Below, one piece after another: positions 49,459-57,407 of a DNA stretch of 64,000 bases. Numbering within the stretch: the first letter of the stretch is position 1; the number at the start of each line of letters is the position of its first letter. The stretch is from an uncultured Eubacteriales bacterium (lineage in GTDB: Bacteria; Acidobacteriota; Aminicenantia; Aminicenantales; Aminicenantaceae). The translations under genes and the position numbers were made by a program. A model generated the notes under the pieces. That model did not search any database. It saw only the letters and a program-made list of their open reading frames with translations, and was not told the origin of the DNA. Location of the stretch: contig CAZPBN010000001.1 in assembly GCA_964584935.1 (NCBI GenBank), positions 174,046 to 238,045 on the forward strand. Reading direction: 5' to 3'.

Positions 49459-51721
49459 AAACAATAAACAAAGTTCTATTGATATAAGCATTTTTGGTGT
49501 TGTTCAAGGAGTCGGCTTCCGACCTTTTATTTACAGTTTGGCAAATAAATATCAATACAACGGGTGGGTTAAGAATATGGGATTTGGAGTTGACATACAT
49601 CTCGAAACTAATCATTCAACAGATTTCCAGGGCTTTATCAAAGAACTTCAAAAAAATCAACCTCCTCTTTCCAAAATCGAACATATATCAACAAAAGCTT
49701 CAAGGTTCCAGAATTATAAAGATTTTTCGATCGTAAAAACAAGGCAAGGCAAAAGCTTTGTTTTCATTTCTCCTGATATTTCCATATGCAATGACTGCCT
49801 TAAGGAAATGATGACTCCCTCAGATAGAAGATATCAATACCCCTTCATTAACTGCACAAACTGCGGTCCGCGATACTCCATTGTCAAATCCCTTCCCTAC
49901 GACAGAGAACACACAACAATGCATCCTTTCAAAATGTGTGAGGAATGCAAAAAGGAATATGAAAATCCATTGGATAGAAGATACCATGCTCAACCTGTTG
50001 CCTGTTTTTCTTGCGGACCAGAAATAAGTCTGACGGATTCTCAAACCGGAAAACAAATATCAGGAGGAATCAAGAAAGCTTCTTCTCTTTTAAAAAAGGG
50101 GAAAATCATTGCTGTCAAAGGTCTGGGAGGTTTTCATCTTATTTGCGATGCATTCAATCATAAAACTGTTAGCCGATTGAGAAATATCAAACAAAGAAAA
50201 AGGAAACCTTTTGCTTTAATGGCACGGAGTATGGAAATCATTAAAAAATATTCCTATGTATCAACAATGGAAGAAAACAAACTCTCTGATCCGAGACGTC
50301 CTATTGTCCTTCTGAAAAAAAAGGAGGATATCAAGGACATTGCTCCCCATATCAAGGAATTTGGTTTCATGCTTCCCTACACTCCCATTCATTATCTTTT
50401 AATGCAGGAAATCGATCTCATCGTGGCAACGAGCTCCAATACAAAAGATGCTCCTATAATGAACAAAGAGGAAGAAGGAATATTCAACCTCTGTGATTTC
50501 GTTCTATCGCATAATAGAGAGATTGAAATGAGAGCTGATGATTCTGTCTTGAAGGTTGTGGATCAGGAGCCTCTTTTTTTACGACGTGCCCGCGGTTATG
50601 TTCCTTATCCCCAAAAAGTCCCTGAGGCTTTAGAATCCTCACAGCATATTTTAGCTCTGGGAGGAGAACTAAAAGATACCATCTCCGTTTATAAAAATGG
50701 TTATGTCATAACTAGCCAGTTTCTTGGAGATCTAGATGAATATCGGAACTATACCTATTTCGAAGAAACAATTAATCATCTCACCAATCTATTTGATATA
50801 AAGCCTAAAATAATTGTTTGTGACGCCCATCCGGAATTTCATTCCACAGACTATGCCAAAAAATCAGGACTTACTTTTTTCCAGATACAACATCATTTTG
50901 CCCATACACTATCCGTTTTACTTGAACATAAATTTCCTGTCCAGAAAAAAGTTTTAGGAATCTCTTTTGATGGGTATGGCTATGGTGAGGATGGAACGGG
51001 ATGGGGAGGCGAATTTTTATTAGCCAATTATACTTCTTTTGAACGGTTTGCCCATTTCAGCCCTGTTCCACTGCCAGGGGGAGACTTGGCTGCAAAACAA
51101 CCCTGGAGAATGGCTGTATCTTACTTGATAGAGGCTTTTGGTTTTAACTTTCCGGAAATAAAATCATTAAACAAAATCAGCTCAAAATTGATCAAAGGCA
51201 TCATCAACATGATCAGAGAAAATTTCAACAGCCCCTTAGTATCCAGCTGCGGGAGACTTTTTGATGCTATCTCATTTTTAACAGGCCTTGCCCCGGCTCA
51301 AATCGAATATGAAGCCGAAGCTCCAATGAGATTGGAATCTATCGCTTCTGAAAAAATAAAAGAAGCCTACGGATTTTCCCTAAAGAAAAACAAGAATCCA
51401 ATCCAGGTATCTTTTGTTCCTACCATAAGAGAGGTTGTTGAGGATATAAAGCACAACACACCTATCTCTATAATGTCAGCAAAATTCCATAATACAATTG
51501 CCTGTGTAATGGTCTTCATGGCAGAAAAAGTAAGGGAAGAACATCATATTGATACCATTGCTTTATCCGGAGGAGTCTTTCTTAACAAAAAATTATTGTC
51601 AACGTCTCAAAAACTTCTGAAAGAGAAAGGATTCAAAGTTCTTCGCTCTATCAACTATTCACCTAATGATGAATCCGTTTCACTTGGGCAAATCGCCTTT
51701 GCACTCAACAAACTCCGTTGA
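49451..51721 (+). CDS. hypF: carbamoyltransferase HypF ([NiFe]-hydrogenase maturation)
   Basis: acylphosphatase domain (VQGVGFRPFIY), two Zn-finger pairs (CNDC...CTNCGPR, CEEC...CFSCGP), YrdC-like and Kae1-like carbamoyltransferase domains; start set to the ATG at 49451, overlapping the queH stop. Confidence 0.85.
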   Translation: MNKNNKQSSIDISIFGVVQGVGFRPFIYSLANKYQYNGWVKNMGFGVDIHLETNHSTDFQGFIKELQKNQPPLSKIEHISTKASRFQNYKDFSIVKTRQGKSFVFISPDISICNDCLKEMMTPSDRRYQYPFINCTNCGPRYSIVKSLPYDREHTTMHPFKMCEECKKEYENPLDRRYHAQPVACFSCGPEISLTDSQTGKQISGGIKKASSLLKKGKIIAVKGLGGFHLICDAFNHKTVSRLRNIKQRKRKPFALMARSMEIIKKYSYVSTMEENKLSDPRRPIVLLKKKEDIKDIAPHIKEFGFMLPYTPIHYLLMQEIDLIVATSSNTKDAPIMNKEEEGIFNLCDFVLSHNREIEMRADDSVLKVVDQEPLFLRRARGYVPYPQKVPEALESSQHILALGGELKDTISVYKNGYVITSQFLGDLDEYRNYTYFEETINHLTNLFDIKPKIIVCDAHPEFHSTDYAKKSGLTFFQIQHHFAHTLSVLLEHKFPVQKKVLGISFDGYGYGEDGTGWGGEFLLANYTSFERFAHFSPVPLPGGDLAAKQPWRMAVSYLIEAFGFNFPEIKSLNKISSKLIKGIINMIRENFNSPLVSSCGRLFDAISFLTGLAPAQIEYEAEAPMRLESIASEKIKEAYGFSLKKNKNPIQVSFVPTIREVVEDIKHNTPISIMSAKFHNTIACVMVFMAEKVREEHHIDTIALSGGVFLNKKLLSTSQKLLKEKGFKVLRSINYSPNDESVSLGQIAFALNKLR

Positions 51722-51740
51722 ATCAGTCAAAAAAGCGGAC

Positions 51741-51768
51741 GGCTTATTGATGGGTTTCCCTATAAGCC
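51741..51768. terminator. GGCTTAT-N14-ATAAGCC hairpin between convergent hypF and the downstream minus-strand gene; a T-run follows it on the minus strand
   Basis: 7-bp stem read from the sequence; minus-strand transcript has GUCCGCUUUUUU after the stem. Confidence 0.35.
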
Positions 51769-51810
51769 CCTAAAAAAAAGATTGAATCCTTCAGAATAAC
51801 CAGGAAATCA

Positions 51811-52626
51811 CTATTTATTCAATTTAGTAAATTTCAGTTTAATTCCACCGATAAAATAAAACAATATATTGCCAAATAATGCAATGAAAAATCCTAAAAT
51901 TCCCAATAAAAGAAATCCTGCAATTCCTCCGACAGCAGCATAAATGATTCCTCCCAGAAGTTTCCCCTGGAATTCTTGTAAAAACAAAGGGATAAATTCA
52001 GAAATATTGGAAAAATATTCTGTCGTTCCAGCGAAAGCTCCTATTATTATTCCGGAAAGAATTCCGATAGCGCCCAAAAATAAAAATAAAGATTTTGGAT
52101 TAATGGAATTAAGAACAACATAATCTTCCTCTTTCCCTTCAGAAATTTTCTTTTTTTGATCTTTTTCAACCAGTATCTTATCGCAATATGGGCATTTATC
52201 TGTTATTTTCTCCAGTATATGACCGCAATAAGGACATTTTTTTTCTTCTTTCTTTTCTTTTTCTTGAACCTCTTCTTCCACCTCTTCTTCAAAAACCTCT
52301 TCTTTTTTTTCTGCTGGCATTTCTTTTTTTAAACTCTCTCCACATCTCACACAAACATCTGTATCAGGATAATTTTCAAAACCGCAATAAGGGCATTTTT
52401 TTTTCTCTCCTTCATTATAAGGAGGTTCTGATTGGATCCACTTATGTCCATCAAAATAATACCATCGACCACTTCTCGATCCTATCATCCAAAGAACTTC
52501 ATTTTTATCTTTCACTTTCATTTTTTTAAGATTATCTCTAAATTCCTGTTGTGATATTTCATGAAGCCAATATTTTTTCTTTAAACGCTCAAAAGCTTTT
52601 TCTATTTCCTTAAACTTATCTTCCAT
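51811..52626 (-). CDS. hypothetical protein: N-terminal SHOCT-like segment, two C4 zinc ribbons, C-terminal glycine-zipper membrane domain
   Basis: CPYCGF...CVRCG and CPYCGH...CPYCD; C-terminal GxxxG-rich hydrophobic region. Confidence 0.5.
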   Translation of the reverse strand: MEDKFKEIEKAFERLKKKYWLHEISQQEFRDNLKKMKVKDKNEVLWMIGSRSGRWYYFDGHKWIQSEPPYNEGEKKKCPYCGFENYPDTDVCVRCGESLKKEMPAEKKEEVFEEEVEEEVQEKEKKEEKKCPYCGHILEKITDKCPYCDKILVEKDQKKKISEGKEEDYVVLNSINPKSLFLFLGAIGILSGIIIGAFAGTTEYFSNISEFIPLFLQEFQGKLLGGIIYAAVGGIAGFLLLGILGFFIALFGNILFYFIGGIKLKFTKLNK

Positions 52627-53048
52627 TTTTCTTCATCTCTCTTACTTTTCTGATTGTTATAGAGAACCTTCATAAGTATATAATATTAAAGATGACTTTT
52701 ACAATACCATTAAGGATTAATTATGAGCAAAAATCTTCGCATATATAAACATTGGATAAAGCATTGGGATATCACTTATTCTATCTGCAAGCTTTTGATT
52801 GAAATTCTGTTTATGTCCTGTTTTTTCTAAATTTTTATCTGCTAAATTTTCTCGAATTTCGGATTTATTTTTCTTTTATATTTGTATCTTATTTGTTTTC
52901 AACACATTTCTTAAGTCATTCATAATAAAGACTTTAAGATAGATGACGAATTCTTGTGCAAATTGTCATATTTTCAAGTTATTTCATATTTTATGAACAT
53001 TATATTGTTGCTTTTCCACAACTTTTCCACAGGATTTGTGAAATTTTT

Positions 53049-54059
53049 TTAACCCTTAAACATGCTGATTAAATCAAATAAATTATAACCTTTTATAGGA
53101 GCTGGAATGAAAGAAAGAATAAAAATCAATCCCATAAAATACACAATAATTTTCCTTTTTGAAGATAAAGATTGATCCTCATCATAAACACGAGGGTGTT
53201 TTAATCCTAAAAAACTAATAAGGAGAGCCCATACAAACCATCCCACCCAAAAGAAAATTCCCATTACCACAAAAATTAACAGAAACAATCTCGCAAAATA
53301 TCTGGATTTTGATCCAACCAAAGCATAGAAGATATGTCCCCCATCCAGTTGTCCGACTGGAAACAGATTAAAAGAAGTGATAAGAATCCCTACCCAACCT
53401 GCAAAAGCCACAGGATGGAGAATCATAGCACTATCCGCACTGACATTTCCAAATATCAATTCCCCTAATAATTTGAATAAAAGTGGTTCTCCCAATGTAA
53501 AGCTCCCATCTTGAGGAGATGCCACAACAATCCTTGATAAAGATATTCCATAAACCAAGGCAGGAATCGAAAGGATGAAACCGGCTATCGGACCTGCGGC
53601 TCCAATATCGAATAGTTCTTTTTTTTTTGTAATAGGAGCCTTTATCTTAATAAACGCTCCCAGAGTCCCTATCAAAGTGGGAGCAGGAATAAAATAAGGC
53701 AGAGTGGCATCAATCCTATAATAACGGCAGGTTAAATAATGACCTAACTCATGACCTAATAATATTAATATAAGGACAATTGAATAAAAAAAACTAAGGA
53801 AAATTATCTCTGAATTATCAAATAAATGAAACTCCTGTAAAGAATGAGTTCCCTCGACTATAACATCATAATACATATAGTTGAAACTCAAGGATAATCC
53901 CACATAAAATATAGAAACGAGAGTCACAATAAAAAGAACAATATTTAGCCATAGTCTTTTTTTTACAAAAAAAGACCTGCGCTTTGGAATGACAGAAATA
54001 TCGCTTGTTTCTTTTTTCATATTGTAGTTAAAAAAATAGGAGTGATACATCCATATCAC
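53049..54059 (-). CDS. site-2 protease family (M50) intramembrane metalloprotease
   Basis: HELGHYLTCR HExxH in a TM helix and LDGGH motif; the start may be the internal MKKETSD. Confidence 0.75.
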   Translation of the reverse strand: MIWMYHSYFFNYNMKKETSDISVIPKRRSFFVKKRLWLNIVLFIVTLVSIFYVGLSLSFNYMYYDVIVEGTHSLQEFHLFDNSEIIFLSFFYSIVLILILLGHELGHYLTCRYYRIDATLPYFIPAPTLIGTLGAFIKIKAPITKKKELFDIGAAGPIAGFILSIPALVYGISLSRIVVASPQDGSFTLGEPLLFKLLGELIFGNVSADSAMILHPVAFAGWVGILITSFNLFPVGQLDGGHIFYALVGSKSRYFARLFLLIFVVMGIFFWVGWFVWALLISFLGLKHPRVYDEDQSLSSKRKIIVYFMGLIFILSFIPAPIKGYNLFDLISMFKG

Positions 54060-54162
54060 TCCTTTCTAAATAGAAAAATAATTCAATAATAACAGATATG
54101 ACTCACACTAATATATGAATTGACGGTTATTATAATGATAGAATAAAAATGTTCTTTGATAT

Positions 54163-54369
54163 TTATTCCTTTGGATGATCCGGGTCAGGGACACAGCAAT
54201 CAACAGGACAAACAGAAGCACATTGCGGTTCATCAAAATATCCTTCACATTCTTTGCATTTTGTATAATCAATCACATAAATCTCTTCACCTTCAGAAAT
54301 TGCTTCATTGGGACATTCGGGTTCACAAGCTCCGCAATTGATACATTCTTCAGTAATTTTATAAGCCAT
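54163..54369 (-). CDS. 2x[4Fe-4S] ferredoxin
   Basis: [12 protein letters not shown] and a second Cys cluster, 68 aa. Confidence 0.8.
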   Translation of the reverse strand: MAYKITEECINCGACEPECPNEAISEGEEIYVIDYTKCKECEGYFDEPQCASVCPVDCCVPDPDHPKE

Positions 54370-54420
54370 TTTAAGCCTCCTCGAAAAAATTATTAATAAA
54401 ATTAAAAATACTTAAAAACT

Positions 54421-55080
54421 TTAATTATTAATTTTCTGCAATTGCTCGACTTTCAGAGAAGCATCATATCCGTAGTATGTCTGGGGATATTCGGCTTCGA
54501 TTTTTTTGTATAAGGATAAAGCTTTTTGAATATCCCCCTCTTTTTCATGGACTTTCGCAAGCCGAAAAAGAATGACATCCATCGCATATTCTTTTGGATT
54601 TTCGTTTTCAATTGTTCTATAAATTTCCATTGCTTTATCATATTTATCTTGTTTTTGATAAATTTGAGCCAGCATGTCTTGACTCTGATAATAAAACAGA
54701 TCTTTCCTCTTCTTTTTTATTTTTTTCAATGCATCTTCAGCTTTACCCAATTCCCCTTCTTCAATCCAATATCCAGCCATAATAATATAGGCAACCCGGG
54801 AATACCTTCCATTTCCAGCTAATTCTTTTAATTCGTATATTTTATCTGGATTATTCTGGAGCTCTGATTTTATTTCAAATAAATCAGTAAGCAACTTGGC
54901 TTCCTTCTTTATAGTAATGGATTTAATAACTTTCACTCCAATAAAAACAGCAACAACAAAAACAACCACGACTGCCACACCAATAACTTTATTTCTATTT
55001 CTGGAAATAAAACTGAACAATTTGTTTATGGAAGCCAGTAAATCATTTTCTTTAAGTTGCCTTCTTTGTTTTCTTTTCAT
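54421..55080 (-). CDS. membrane-anchored tetratricopeptide-repeat protein
   Basis: N-terminal TM followed by TPR-like helical repeats. Confidence 0.5.
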   Translation of the reverse strand: MKRKQRRQLKENDLLASINKLFSFISRNRNKVIGVAVVVVFVVAVFIGVKVIKSITIKKEAKLLTDLFEIKSELQNNPDKIYELKELAGNGRYSRVAYIIMAGYWIEEGELGKAEDALKKIKKKRKDLFYYQSQDMLAQIYQKQDKYDKAMEIYRTIENENPKEYAMDVILFRLAKVHEKEGDIQKALSLYKKIEAEYPQTYYGYDASLKVEQLQKINN

Positions 55081-55369
55081 TCACTTCACCTTAAAATTAA
55101 ATTTCCAAATATTCAACTAAACTCAATTAAAACTATTCTATTTGCTTTAAATACATTTTTATCATAATATTCAAAAAAATCCAAATCTTATCTTAAAAAA
55201 AGAATAAAATATCATATTTTAATCAAAGCATTATTAATTATTTATTATTGGAACCGCAAGGAATTCTTTAATACAAAAAATCTCTCACTGATTCATTTTT
55301 CTTTTCAATCAACTTTTCTTATCATATCTTCCATTCTGAAAATATAACAGTGACTGAGCTTCAAAAGAT

Positions 55370-55918
55370 TCAAAATTCATAACCCAGTTTAAATAATCCT
55401 TTGAATCCACCAATATTTACTTTAATTCCAGCAGGTTCCACCCTGCAATAATTGTATTCAATTTCAACCTCAAAAAAGTAGTTTTCTTCAACCTTGAACA
55501 AACACCCAACCTTTGCAACTAAGGCAAAATCCGATTCTTTAACAATTCCGATTGGGTTTTCTTCTTTATAAAAAAAATATCCGCAGCCAGCTGATAAATA
55601 GGGACTGATATCGGAACGGAGAATGTTCAATTTCAATCCTGTGAGTAAAGAATACAGATCAAGACAGGTATCTTCTTCAGTATAGGTTAACTGTCCCTCC
55701 TTGGAAAAATACCCCCCTTCAATCCAGAAATCGATTCTATTCAGGAAAGAGAACTCAATTCCTCCTCCCACTCCTATTCCGCTTTTATAAATATCCTGGA
55801 AATCTTTCTCCTCTGGAAAAAAATAGAATACATTTCCCTCTATTCGAAAATTTCCTCCCAATGCAAAACTTTTGAGAAAAACAATGAGTATAAAAACGAA
55901 TATGAATCTAATTTTCAT
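55370..55918 (-). CDS. small outer-membrane beta-barrel protein (OmpW/OmpX-like size)
   Basis: signal peptide, 8-strand-sized barrel, C-terminal ...LGYEF aromatic terminus. Confidence 0.5.
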   Translation of the reverse strand: MKIRFIFVFILIVFLKSFALGGNFRIEGNVFYFFPEEKDFQDIYKSGIGVGGGIEFSFLNRIDFWIEGGYFSKEGQLTYTEEDTCLDLYSLLTGLKLNILRSDISPYLSAGCGYFFYKEENPIGIVKESDFALVAKVGCLFKVEENYFFEVEIEYNYCRVEPAGIKVNIGGFKGLFKLGYEF

Positions 55919-55942
55919 TCATTTAAATAATTTAATAATCAA

Positions 55943-56314
55943 TCAGTAAGTTTGGATTAAATCATCCTCTGTATTAAATAGTTTATCTTTTCCCGCTGAA
56001 ACCAACTTGAATCGATCGTCTGAAATTTTTTTGTATTTAATAACAGTCCCCCATGCGTCTTCTTTCCCAATCAACTTCACACGAGTGCTCATAATTTCAT
56101 TCAAACTATTGGGAGTTCTTCCCGTTCTTGCTATGAAGGCATTGATTTCTTTAGCCATTGTAGACATATCTGTATTTGTAAATGTCATTTTAGATTTCAC
56201 AAATTCTTTTATATCTTTAACAATTTCCTCATCTTTTCCGGACTTTGCAAAAAACAAAAAATAAACCAATACAACCACAAGGATGAGAATCACCAAAAAT
56301 CCTCTTATATTCAT
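55943..56314 (-). CDS. GspG-like (type II secretion / type IV pilin-like) pseudopilin-domain protein
   Basis: MNIRG-FLVILILVVV prepilin-like N-terminus (no Glu at +5); C-terminal DAWGTVIKYKK...LVSAGKDKLFNTEDD resembles the GspG core. Confidence 0.45.
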   Translation of the reverse strand: MNIRGFLVILILVVVLVYFLFFAKSGKDEEIVKDIKEFVKSKMTFTNTDMSTMAKEINAFIARTGRTPNSLNEIMSTRVKLIGKEDAWGTVIKYKKISDDRFKLVSAGKDKLFNTEDDLIQTY

Positions 56315-56454
56315 TTTGTTTCTCTCCCGTTATTAAATAGGATTTAAGGCATCCGCTCTTTCTCTATAATTTCTATCACTTTTATATAAATACATCACTT
56401 TTCTTATAAAATCAAACAAAAATAGATGAACATTATCTGTTAACACCTCTATAA

Positions 56455-56532
56455 TGGTACGCCTGGCCGGACTCGAACCGGCGACTCAGGGATTAGGAAT
56501 CCCTTGCTCTATCCATACTGAGCTACAGGCGT
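56455..56532 (-). tRNA. tRNA-Arg (anticodon CCT)
   Basis: 78-nt cloverleaf on the minus strand: acceptor ACGCCTG/CAGGCGT, D-arm GCTC...GAGC, anticodon loop TTCCTAA, T-arm GCCGG-TTCGAGT-CCGGC, encoded CCA. Confidence 0.9.
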
Positions 56533-56569
56533 ACATTATCATCTTATTTCTGAGTTTTCATCTACCATC

Positions 56570-56746
56570 TGACATCTCACAACTTACGTCTTGCGTCTCA
56601 CCTCTTAGTAGTCATTAGTTTCCAAATTTCCCCTTCATTAATAGCCCGTTCGGTTATCGGGCCCTACACAATATTACCAAATTCACGACTAAAGTCTTAC
56701 GTCTCACCATTCAACATCACATTTCATCTTACGTCTTACGTCTCAC
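56570..56746. repeat. three clusters of tandem 7-bp CTTACGT / CTTGCGT units each ending in CTCAC, upstream of tRNA-Arg, with a GCCCG-N9-CGGGC hairpin between them
   Basis: 56583-56601, 56696-56707, 56728-56746 read from the sequence. Confidence 0.5.
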
Positions 56747-56766
56747 GATTCTATTATTTTCCTACT

Positions 56767-57312
56767 TTACTGAATTATCAGTTTATCAATATCCCGCCAC
56801 AATTGATCCAGCTCATCCTGGGCTTTTTTTGAATTCGCTTCTATGATCCCTTTAACAGTGGCCAATCTAAGCCGGATATCTTCAATGATTCCCTGCTCTT
56901 TTTCTCCTGAAAAATCAATGGCTGATTTTAATACTTTAATGGCATTATCGATGTGCTCGAGGGACTTCTTAACTTCGCTTCTTGAAAGAGACAACTTTCC
57001 AGAAATGACCTCCCCTTTAGCCTCCAGTAAAAAACTCAGCCGTTTAAGATTCTTGGATTCTTCAACAGCCTGGCCTTCTTTTTCTCTCAGATGAATCTGA
57101 ATCTTTTTTACATCTCGATCCAAGTTAGATAATGTCATCTCATGTTTTGATTCCAATTCTTCAAATCTGGTGGACAGCTCTTCAAATTTCTTATTGAATC
57201 TTAATTGAGATAGATAATAGCCAACCCCCAATGCACAGGCAACGAAAAATATAATCAAAAGTAAAATAGGAACAACTTTTCCTTTTGAATTGTTTCTAAA
57301 AGTCATTTTCAT
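56767..57312 (-). CDS. hypothetical membrane-anchored coiled-coil protein
   Basis: N-terminal TM, then heptad-like K/E/L-rich sequence, 181 aa. Confidence 0.4.
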   Translation of the reverse strand: MKMTFRNNSKGKVVPILLLIIFFVACALGVGYYLSQLRFNKKFEELSTRFEELESKHEMTLSNLDRDVKKIQIHLREKEGQAVEESKNLKRLSFLLEAKGEVISGKLSLSRSEVKKSLEHIDNAIKVLKSAIDFSGEKEQGIIEDIRLRLATVKGIIEANSKKAQDELDQLWRDIDKLIIQ

Positions 57313-57407
57313 ATTCCTCTCCTCCTATCGGAATTTATGATTTGTTTATATTTTAGCATAAACACAACCTATATGATAAATGAAACAAATAAATCTCGGC
57401 AGTGATT

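Noticed and set aside
56455-56766. Genomic-island insertion at tRNA-Arg
   Set aside because: No integrase, excisionase or direct repeat of the tRNA 3' end is visible within the window on either side; the repeats are on the 5' (promoter) side of the tRNA rather than the 3' side used by integrases.
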